Source: Octopus vulgaris (Eukaryota). Taken from it: DNA of 64,000 bases. The notes under the pieces are model-generated. The model saw only the letters and a list, made by a program, of their open reading frames with translations, was not told where the DNA came from and made no database searches. This document shows, in pieces, positions 52,593 to 64,000 of this stretch; the stretch's first letter is position 1; the number at the start of each line of letters is the position of its first letter. Where the stretch lies: positions 15,810,001-15,874,000 of the forward strand of contig OX597826.1 in the NCBI GenBank assembly GCA_951406725.2, given 5' to 3'. Both the position numbers and the translations under genes were made by a program.

Positions 52593-53761
52593 TCTCCTTT
52601 TGTAATAATTTTACTTAACAAAGCGTCGATGCATCAACATGGCCGCAGCTCTGAGCTGAAAATAGAGAGAGAAAAAAAAAGAAATCAATTTCTTTTATTC
52701 TCTCCACCTCTTAATTTTTTTTTATATATATACTCAATATCTTTTCTTCTTAGGGTTTACGTTTAGGTATTCAGTATTCTTCTTTTTCTTTTTGTAGTGT
52801 GGTTTCGAATTCTTGTAACTGTGTTGGAACCTGAAAAGTGTCATATAGCCAGTGAATCGGTATTTCTACTTTTGTTCGCTCCTTTTCTATGACTCTTTCC
52901 TTAAACTGATTTCTATGTCCCCTTTCCATTCCATTTCTGTTTCTTAAAGCATCCATCATTCTTCCTATATATGTTACAATTTCCCCGTCTTATCAGTATT
53001 GCTTGCCCTTTTTGTACATTCTTGCATATATTTTATCACCGATACTAAAGAAATTTTATATGTCTTTCCTAGCACGTATTTTTTTCTTCACTGGTAACAG
53101 TTTATCAAATACTGATTTCACCTTTCTGGCAAACATTAATTCTGCTGGTCATTTAATCCGGTTGAGAAGTCTGCGCACACTCTTAGTGTCTTATTTTTTT
53201 TTATTTTACGCATTCTGCCGGTGCCGCCCAGCCTGCGGGGTTAATCTTTTCAATTATATTCAGTATTTCCAGCCTCTCTAGTTCTTTATTGACCAGTTCA
53301 TCGACCTCAAGTTTACATTATTGTACGAAACGCTTATGGGTGTATACTATAAATTAAATTTCTCCATACATTCGGTGCCAAATAAATTCATGGAATTTTT
53401 AATACATAAACATTCAATTTTTTTTATTCGACCTTTGAACATTATATTACGGACGCATTCGCCCGTTAAATATACTTTTCTTCTTTAACGCCACAAACTA
53501 TTTTGTTTGTACTACATAATTTTGGTTTACCCATTTGTTCCTATGTTTTCACATTTATGATTGTGATGTTACTTCCCGCGTGAAATTGCAGTCTGACATT
53601 GATGGTTTCAATTCTCACGTTCACGAATTTTCTGTTTGTTGTAGTTATATCATTTCCTGCTGAAAAACTATTTATTTTTTCTGCAGTGAGATTTTATATA
53701 TCTTATACACCCGCAGCTAAAACATTTTGCTTTTTATACAGACAATCATTTTGAGCTGCAT

Positions 53762-54470
53762 CTCACCACATGCAGTTCTCTGGATATGATCAGATAGATG
53801 GGGTTCGAGTATACAGGGGTGCTAGAAAGAATTTAGCTAACATTATACGTAATGATACCAGTAGTACCTGCCCTAGATATAGAAAGACTGGAATAGGATA
53901 CAAAGAAATTGTGATAAAGCGAAGAGGGTGAACACGTGGTATAAAACCGATAAATATCAACGAGTGATGTTTGTAGAGACCACAGCCCATGGAGAACTAG
54001 GCCGTATATTCAGAAAAAGCTCTGAAGGAGACCAAACTCAACTTTAAGATTGTTGAACATCGAGGAAACTCCATCAGATCACAACTATGTAGGACGCACC
54101 CCTTTGAGAATACCATATGCACCAATGATAACTGCATGGTATGTAAGACTAACCCTGGCATTAACTGTAGAACAAGAAATGTAGTTTACAGTCTAAGATG
54201 CATAGAATTTGCTTGTAAAAACATGAACATGACATACATAGGGGAGACACCAAGGAGCGTTGCGGAACGACTGAATGAACATTTGAGACAATATGACGAC
54301 ATAAAAATAGTCCACCGTACATTACCAACAAGCCAAGGACTAACATGAAGGCAACCTGGGTCAACTTGACATCAGGCATCCTACCCAAGCACCCGAAGGA
54401 CCCAACACTCAGCAAAATACAGGAGTACATCCTCAGAAATGAAATATCCCAATACTAAATAAGAAATATA
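53762..54470 (+). mobile_element. Penelope-like element: RT thumb/linker plus GIY-YIG endonuclease relic
   Basis: MQFSGY, WYKTDKYQRVMFVETT, C..CMVC....INCRTRNVVYSLRC...YIGETPRSVAERLNEH. Confidence 0.88.
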
Positions 54471-54574
54471 CATAGTAAATATTATACCTCCATTTCCAGT
54501 TAACAAAGGTGGAGTAGAATAGTTACTGGGCTGTTATGTAGATAGATGTATGTACGTGTGTGTGTGAGTGTATA

Positions 54575-54633
<59 letters not shown>
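54575..54633. repeat. (TA)n microsatellite
   Basis: Seen directly in the sequence. Confidence 0.95.
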
Positions 54634-54636
<3 letters not shown>

Positions 54637-54963
54637 TGGTGACACCCTTCGGTCAGACACTGACCATGGGTTTGCACCTAGAGAGTTACCCTCTGAGGCA
54701 CAAGTCTGGGCAAGGTTGTTTTTTATGGAAGACCAGCAGTCGCCCATGCATACCGGCCTCCCCTCTCCACGTCACCGATGTTATCCAAGGGAAAGGCATG
54801 GGCCGATACAGCTTGGCACCTGTGACGTCGCAACTCATTTCTACAGCTGAGTGAACTGGAGCAACGTGAAATAAAGTGTCTTGCTCAAGAACACAACACG
54901 CAGCCCAGTCCGGGATTCGAGCTCACAACCTCACGATCTAACCACTGAGCCATGCGCCTTCAC
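54634..54963 (-). mobile_element. tRNA-derived SINE, family B-related
   Basis: Minus-strand head gaaggcgcatggctcagtggttag...gagctcgaatccc (A and B boxes); core gtgttcttgagcaagacactttatttcac. Confidence 0.85.
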
Positions 54964-54969
54964 TATATA

Positions 54970-55010
<41 letters not shown>

Positions 55011-55070
55011 TATATAATGTATGTATATATATATATATGTATATACATACATGTATACATATGTATATAT

Positions 55071-55124
<54 letters not shown>

Positions 55125-55178
55125 TGTATGTATATATATATATATATGTATATACATACATGTATACATATGTATATA

Positions 55179-55245
<67 letters not shown>

Positions 55246-55260
55246 ATGCACACGTATATA
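54964..55260. repeat. (TA)n compound microsatellite with higher-order duplication
   Basis: The unit tatacatacatgtatacatatgtatat recurs at about 55040 and 55150. Confidence 0.92.
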
Positions 55261-58200
55261 AGCATATGGATATGATGCTAAACAGATCAAAGTATTGACA
55301 GATAGGAATATAGGTTATATGAAGAGACACGTACACATACGCACAAATACACAAAAGAAAACTGAACATGACCATATGTAAACACGCACTTTACGTCAGA
55401 TCACTCTATTATGCCTTAACTCAAAGAATTCGACTTTGATATAAATTCACAATTCAAGTATGCATAATTATGCTTGGACCTATCCGATACGATATTACCG
55501 GATAGAAACGCGTCTAGTAATCCCGGAAGGAACATCGTAAATATTTACAATATAAGAGGTTTAAATTAAGTTAACTTTAATCAGAAAAAGTGAAGAGATA
55601 AAATCAGAAATTGATCCTCGGATTGGAATCCTGGTCCGAATATTTGAAACTGAAGGAGTGTAAACGGAAATGGAGGTGCTCATTTAACAACAGTAAAATA
55701 ATACAATCATGCATGGAAATATATGCAAATATCTAAATATATTTTGTATTTCTTTTTTTTGTTTGTCTGCTGTACGATATGGTTGCTTTCCAATGTGAGA
55801 ACAATTCAAATTACAAACAACAAAAGTGAATATAATTTATCGATTTAGACTGTGATGAGTGGGGAAATTTCCTTGGAACAACAAATGAAAATAAAGATAA
55901 GAAAGACTCAAAACAGCAAAACAATCACGAGAAACGAATTAGATAGCATGATCTAAGAGGAGAAATGTGATAGCAATTGGAGAAAAAAATAAAACAATAT
56001 TTGGAAATTAACATTAAGACCGAAAAAGAACAAGAGAACTGTTAGACTGCTTAACAGTTAAAACAGAGAGATAGTATTCAATTGATTTTTTTCCCGAGCA
56101 ATGTTTGATATTGCCTGTTTCATCTTCTAACTAATTTTGATTATTATCCAAGTATCGTGTGTTGTTAAATAAGTTGTTGCATCTCACAAATTATATACAG
56201 CACCAGGTTTATGACATCGTTCATCAATCATTAAAGGAAATCCGGAATATTTATGACATCTGTGGTTCAGAAACCTAGATTTATGACATGGCGATCTTAT
56301 AAATCAACTGCTCCGTATATTCTACATGGCTATTGCATTAAACATATTTTCAGTCTTTGATGGTATCTGCCAATGATTCTATATATCAAGCAATTGGACA
56401 ATAACGAAATACTAAGTTTATATTGAATCTGCCCCCGTGTATTTGTCTTTGTGCAATAAAAATATATGTGTGCTGCTCTCCACATACGGATCTAACGATA
56501 TAGTCTGTATATCATAAGAATCTATTAGAAAAGCCAATCAAATTTACTTTAAATCATAAACATTATTTTCATGAGCAGAGTCGCATGATGTACAAGTTCA
56601 TCTAGGATGCACCATTTCAGAAGTACAAAGGGTAGGTGCATAATTTAAGGGTTTTATCAGCTGCATGTTTTATCCATAACTACTTAGATGTAAACTACTA
56701 CATCACTGATAAGAGAAACTATACTTACATACTATATATATTTATAAATGTAATAAGCATGACAATGCTGCGATGATGCGACATGTTTAGCCCCTTTCGG
56801 CCTTCTGGATACTGTTCCCGCTTATATTTCAACAGATTCATAAGTTCCCACAAGACCCCAATGTATGAAACATATGAATATTAAAATTCCTCATTCACTT
56901 TTCCTGAATGTAAGTTTGTCAACCGTTTAATTTTCCATATACTTCTAAATATTTTGAAGAAGACATGAATATTCCCCTGAAGCCATTAACGAGAATCACA
57001 TTTTAATATAGTTTCCGGTTTTAAGTAATGACTTAGATACACAATTTTATTTAGTTTAAGAGCTTATGAAATCAATAAATAGCAAGGCTATTTCTATTTG
57101 CAACAGTTGAGCAAAGAATACTCGTACACGGGATCTAAAGGATTTCTACAACATCGCTAATATTTTGTTGAAGATAACGCTCTGTTACTGAATAAATCAT
57201 ACTGCTATATATAAGAAAACACTACTATAACAATATTAAATATTTTTATTCTAATGATCCTTTCACCAGATTGACATTTCGCTGTTATTTGAAATTTTGG
57301 AATAGAATTGATTGTTACCTTATCATATATATTTATACATTGTCATAATTTTGATAATTGATTAAATAGTGCTTCAACATTTTCAGAAATGTTTTTGAAT
57401 TGTGATATAAATGCTAACATTAAGACATATAAATAATTATTACATTAAATAAGTGTCCTAACCAGCCCCTGTCATTGAAAATAATACTATGAAATTATTG
57501 ACTTTTAATAAAAATAGAATTAATGACTTGATGTATAACTTGGCAATTAAGTAACAGTATAAAGAACAAATGTAGGAACCTCATAAATGCATAAACATAA
57601 CTGGCATGTATACTGACATTTCTGAGTAAATGTTCTTACTTAAAGTGAATTGGGAAAAGATTGGTTTCAGCATTCAAGCGACGCCAATAAATACTAAGGA
57701 AACTTGGGTTGCAACGAGGTAGCTTTGTCAGTTATTTGCAGAGATAAGCTTTTTTGGAATGAAATACAATCTTCTTGAAAAACTTACAATAGAATGTTTT
57801 GACTAAGATACAATCTCACGAAGATATAAGACGAAAGATTATGACTGATATATCACAATTATTCTGGATCTTTCCCTAAATAAGCAAAAAGAAAAAAATA
57901 CAAAAATTCGACTTGGAAATAAAACCTTGAGTAGTGTCCGTACAGAAAGAAAACGTCATATGCTTTTTGTTTTTGTTTAGGATTTGTAAAACTGGATTCC
58001 AATTATTTTGCTGCTTTTATTATCTTTCATATAGTTTGCACCTACAAATTTCAAATATGTCTGATGATCTGTCTCAAAATTATTTTAATGTACGTTTCAG
58101 GTACTCAGTATGATTATAAAAATGCAACTTATGAGGTTCGGATTAGGCTTATAGAGGGAAGTATATTTTGTTTAAAAATAACGAGAACATCTATTTTAAA

Positions 58201-58864
58201 ATATTAATGACTTGTAGGGGCGTGGGGTTTCGTTATGTAACCATGATTTTCTATAACACGATATTGACTAATAAAATCCTGTATTAGAAAATACCGAGGA
58301 CGTCAAAGTCCTAATTTATATTTTCTTTAGTGTCTTTAATTTCTTTCTGCTAAAAAAAAAAAGCGTAAAAGCGATTGATGATTTGTTATCGAATATAACT
58401 GGCAAGTAACTATGTGACTTTTTCTTGCAGCGTTTGTACACCCTGTGATTAAACACATGCAGAATAGACGACGTCATTAAAAAAATGTTTCAAATTAGCA
58501 GCAGCGCTCTGTATTTTAAAAGTATAAAAATACGACATAAAGCCTTGTTTAATTTTCTGAAGATACTCAAAGCATAAACAGTTCGAGGCAAGGACTGAAA
58601 TTCTAAACATGCTTAAATTTTACTGCGGAGTTTGTCAAAGACTCAGATACGTTCCAATTTTTATAAATAGGGATTAACTACAAATATCATATCACTGAAA
58701 TTATAAGAAAATAATTTACATCTCAGCTAAGTGTTGACATTTTCGAAATAATCAGTTTAGAAATGAAATAGAAGCATCTAAATGGGTGTCCCGGTTGCAA
58801 ATACATATCTGACTGTAGATCTGTAAATTTCTTTTTACTTCATAGCTTATATTGGGTTGAAAGT

Positions 58865-59066
58865 TTGGCACATGACCAGTAATCACGGTGGGAGCGGTGC
58901 ATAAGTCGATTACATCGAATCCGGTGCTCAACGGGTATTTTTATTGAATCCGAAGGACGAAGGTAAAGTCGACATCTGTCGAATTTGAGCCCAAAATGTA
59001 ATTACGGACGAATTACTGCTAAACTCATTTCCCAACACGCTAACATTTCTGCCTGCTTACCGCCTT
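58865..59066 (-). mobile_element. Nin/Deu-domain SINE (diverged)
   Basis: taagtcgattacatcga...cgaaggacgaaggtaaagtcgac...gaatttga matches the reverse complement of the 36636 family. Confidence 0.72.
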
Positions 59067-59643
59067 CTACATGGCTAATATTACACAGTCAGAGTGAAAG
59101 TAAATAGCTTGCATATTAAGAGGAGTTCCTGTAGTTATTAAAGGACTTTCAAAATTAACAAAATTTCGAATATTTATACCGGAGAATAGTAGAAAAAAAC
59201 ACCAAGGAAATACTATGACACAATTATTGTAAGCCTACCTACCTCTGACTCAAGTAAATTCAACAAAGTGTATGATTCACACTATACGCATCCAGGTCCA
59301 TTGCATCGTATTAAAATATCTATCGTTATTAAATGTACGCTGAAGTAATACTACAAGTCTAAAATGTGATTATGGTCAAGCACATAAAACAATCTAAGAA
59401 CAAATGCCAAATATTAAATATTAAGTTGAAATGAAGATCTTACAAATTCAACTCAGCATCTAAGGAAATAATATCTCTTGTCTCAATTATGTTATAATGA
59501 GTAAAGCTACAAAACGTTTGTTAAGTTAAAGTCGCAAGTGTATTGTTTCAGGTTACTCATAATCATTTCATTGAAAATTTAGTATCCTTTCATAAACCAG
59601 CGAATCACAGAGCGATTAGTGATCTTTGAACTGATAGGGCAGT

Positions 59644-60020
<377 letters not shown>

Positions 60021-61489
60021 TTAACACTCCTGCTCAGGAGTTAATCTTATATAAATTTGAGTGTGTATGTGTTTGTGTTTGTGTGTTGTATGCGTGTGTG
60101 TGTGTGTATGTGTGCGTGTGTATGTGCATATATATAGCCTATATAGAAATTCACTTATAATTGTTATTATTCCAACAGTGCAGTGAAAATCATTTATTAT
60201 AGTTTTGGTGAGAGATCAAAATTCTTTAGATATTGTTATGGAGGTCAAAGTTGACAGATTACCACGCAAAATTTGAAACGGAACATTCTTCATCTTACTA
60301 TATGAGTTTATATGTGTATCTGTGTGCCAGTGCATGAGTGTTTGCGTGTGTGAGTGTGTGTGCGCGTACGCGTGCATATGTGCGTGCGTATGTGTGGTGT
60401 GTATACATTCTATTTTTGAATAATTGTATAAGTCACGTTCTGAGAATCCTCACACATGAGAAAAGACATTTGATCTTTTAATGACAGATATTTCTTGTTC
60501 TTTCCTCTGATCCCTTTGTCTACGGAATCTACTTATCAATCACTTGTCAATATCGACTTAAAATTCTCAGCTTCTTCGGCTATTTTAACTCACAAAATTA
60601 GAAACAAAAAGAAGAAAATATAATAAATAAATTAACAGATAATTACATGGATAAATTGCAGTACCGATTTGAATTATCGTGGTTTTACATTTCTCTTATT
60701 CTTTAACAATATCCTCCATACTCTTTTACTGTGTGTGCATAACTCTATCACTTTCACTGCTCTGGTGCAGACCTGAATTTTTCAACATCTTTCGCCCATA
60801 CTCTATTAGCCGCTGTGAAGTTCTTTGTAACAAAAATACCGAGTTAATATATTTCATTTCCATGCACATGTATAAAAATCTCCATGTTTCCAACCATGCA
60901 TTCACTACTTTGCATATGTATTAGTTGCAATTCATTGTTCATGTTTACACCTTCTCTTCAAATTGTTGATTTATATTATTAACATACTAGTTGTTTGTGT
61001 GCGGTCTTACATTTAGTTCTTTAACTTATTTTATATGTAATCGTTGTATGGCTTCTGTTTCTTCCATCTTTATTTGAAAAGCGCTGCAACAAAGATTCCG
61101 TTTCATTGATTTCTCAACATGTTCCTAACAGGTTTTACTTTTTTTTGTTCAAATAGTTTCAGTTATGCATTAGTTTTGTTGCGTTCATCTTCTGATATTC
61201 TATCATTAGAACTATTTCCATTCATTAACCTAAGACAGCCTTCTCAGAAGTTTAAAATTTCCTTAAGCAAAAAGAAAAGTTTCTAAAAGGAATTGGCAAA
61301 CAATGTTACAATGTTCAATGAATCAATGAAGGTTCCTGTTAAGATAATTTACACGTAGGAAATTTTTCATGAGTAAACACGTAGTTCTTTTAGTATAAAT
61401 AATTGACCTACGTTTTACAGGTTTATACTACACTTATATACGTGCATGCATGTGTGCATACTTATACATATATATTCGCACGGGTGTGT

Positions 61490-61505
61490 GCATATAGATA
61501 CATAT

Positions 61506-61536
<31 letters not shown>

Positions 61537-61543
61537 TATATAT

Positions 61544-61608
<65 letters not shown>

Positions 61609-61653
61609 AATCATTTATACTATATGTTTATGTGTATAGGTATACACACATAG

Positions 61654-61710
<57 letters not shown>

Positions 61711-61745
61711 TAAATATCAGTGCATACAGATATACACATATATGT
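61490..61745. repeat. (CA)n/(TA)n microsatellite cluster
   Basis: Seen directly in the sequence. Confidence 0.93.
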
Positions 61746-62500
61746 GTTTGTGAGTATTTATGGTTATGAATGCTTACACCACTGCTTACATTTGTATAGG
61801 CTTGGGTGCGTACATGTCTGCTTGTATGCGTAGGCACTGTGTTAAGTATATAAATACACGGATGCTTCGAAGATATACAATTGCAAGAAATACATTGAAT
61901 TTTCATATCATGCGATTTGATTTTGTTAGATTTCTTGCCTGTAACTTAGTTATACTTAATGTAGTTTATAGAGTATAAGTGTCTAGCATATAATACTATG
62001 AAACTAGTCGGAGATGGTAACAGAAAATCAGCATAACAGAACCATAACTGGCATAGATAGGTTTCGTATCTCTACTTCCATAGATCAATTCCCATTTAAA
62101 ACGTCCTGCATTTTTGTTTGCTTCATAAAATAGTGCCATTTAATCTTGCTGAATTCTATATATACATCTATAACGTTCTCCAAACGTTGCTGCATTTCGA
62201 CTTTATTTGAAACACACACACATCTCAATCACAAGACATTCACACGATTTAAATACTTCTAAAATATCTACAATATTTTCACTTTAGTAATCGTTCTTAA
62301 ATTTAATTTAAGCGGTTTTTTCTGCCATTTGCTTTTCAGAGTATATCCTGGGTAAATCTTCTCTCTCTGCTACAAATGTTTCCATCTCCATAAGATACGC
62401 AAGAATATTCGGTTATATTTCGGTCATAACAAAACTATCACCAATCCTCATTTCCTTTCTTCCAAAAGCTGACAAAGTGTTGTCACTATTCCTTCACCGT

Positions 62501-62700
62501 GAAGGTGGCCAGATGGCAACATCTTTATCACGCCGGGTAAAAGGTTTAGTGGCATTTCGTCAGTCTTCATGTTCAGCGTTCAAATTCCACCGAGGTAGAC
62601 TATAACTATCATCCATTTTGGCGTCGAGAAATTAAGTATGGTTTGAGTACTGAGGCCATTGTATTCGACTTACTCATTCCCCATAATTACTGGCTTTGTG
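62501..62700 (+). mobile_element. Nin/Deu-domain SINE (diverged)
   Basis: gttcaaattccaccgaggtagact...tcatccattttggcgtcga matches the 36636 family. Confidence 0.72.
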
Positions 62701-62854
62701 AAATGTTCTTGTTGTAATGGTAAAATTTGGCAGTAACTTTCTTAATACGCACCATCTGTTCATCGTCGTTCACGTCGCCCTTTGAAATTAAATGATAGCA
62801 AAACGTTACAGTTTATCGTTGTTGCACTTAATATTTATACAAGTCTTTCTTTAA

Positions 62855-64000
62855 CCCTTGGTCTCCCAGAGAAAATTTATACCACTAATTACCAACAGGG
62901 TCCAATGGACCCAATATTTTTGTTTTTAATTTAATTTTATTTAAACTACCTCAATTTCTTAGCTACATTATATATGCTATCAGGTGAATGAAGAATTACT
63001 GTTTCATAAAAATTTTAATTAATAAAATACAGCTTACAGAATATATTATAAATTAAAAAATTTACAAAAATACAGAATTACAAGTTTTCATTGCAGTGAT
63101 TGCAGACATTGGAATGTTCTCGGCAAACATGGATTTTACAATTCTTACATGTAGTGTGAGTTTTCCTGTCTATTCGTGTGTATGTGGTGAGGGGCTCACA
63201 AAGACGATCTTACCTTTTTCTGTGGCTGAGGAATCTCAAATGAGGTTGAAGAATGTCTTCTTTTCTTGTTTTGCCGAGAATCTTTAGCGGAAATAGAAGA
63301 TTGTTCGTCATGTTCTTATTCAGCATTAACTCCTTTCCTAACTGAATTAGGCTCTGTCTCCTTTTATCCTTGAAACTTTGCAAGTGAAGATGTTTAGCAA
63401 CAAAGAAAGCATTCACTGCACTTATATCAATCATGTTGTAGAATATAACCAGAAGCCATCTTCAAGTCATTATTTTGCAAGTGTATGTCATTACCATCTT
63501 ATTTAGGGTATCCACTACTCCTTTTGTTTTGTTGCAACAGGTAATAACTTTAGGTTTCTTTTCAGTACTTTTGGAATCAATTGAAGGCTAAGAGTGCATT
63601 GTACTAAAAAGTGGGACTACATAATTTTTCTTGGGAGAATAAGTTAGGCTATAGAATCATTTCGAAATCCAAATATTGTGCTGTTGATTTCTCCTCTTCC
63701 GTTTGTGAAAACACTTGGAAGTTCAACTCTGTTCTTTCTCATTGTTCCAACTAAAGTAGTTTTCTTCCTAAGCAGCTTTCGAGCCAATCCTAGACTTGTA
63801 AAAAAAATATCAAAAGTTATATGCAACCAGTATTTTCAAGGTATTTTACTAGGCCTTCAACGACTCTTGGACCTTGATTTGTCTTTCTCCCTTTTACTGG
63901 GTCTTTTCCAATGTAGATTTGCATTTTCCGGACATGTTTCACTGTCGCATAATGTACAAATTTTAATTCCATATTTCTCTGGATTTGAAAGAATATATAC
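62855..64000 (-). mobile_element. piggyBac transposon, 3' part (runs off the window)
   Basis: TTAA (62851-62854) followed by CCC terminus. Minus strand: KYGIK, FDIFFTSLGLARKLL..KTTLVGTMRKNR, GVVDTLNKM...YTCK, RW..VIFYNMIDISAVNAF, and a decayed Cys-rich C-terminus. Confidence 0.92.

Overview
AT-rich, microsatellite-dense animal genomic DNA (intergenic or a very large intron). The SINE families and (TA)n/(CA)n density suggest an octopod cephalopod; this is an inference from repeat content only. I found no host protein-coding exon. Most ORFs in the track are artefacts of dinucleotide repeats. All recognisable coding sequence is decayed transposable element. DNA elements: several mariners (one full length with TIRs and TA target duplication), a pogo-like element with a nested mariner, a Buster/Charlie-type hAT, a RepHel Helitron, a bounded Chapaev3 (CACTG ends, TTA duplication) and a piggyBac. 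Retroelements: a Gypsy pol relic, a LINE ORF1-like fragment, several tRNA-derived SINEs (including Nin/Deu-domain ones) and at least four Penelope-like (PLE) relics. The most interesting structure is a PLE 3' module present in four partial copies: GIY-YIG C-terminus, then a tRNA-like Pol III A/B-box cassette, (AAT)n, a minimal hammerhead ribozyme and a tail. One copy is an ORF-less foldback mini-element. Other candidates are a direct-repeat-bounded unit with hammerhead-like cores and TE-free islands with clustered developmental TF motifs. Translations and alignments were done by eye, and boundaries of decayed elements are approximate.
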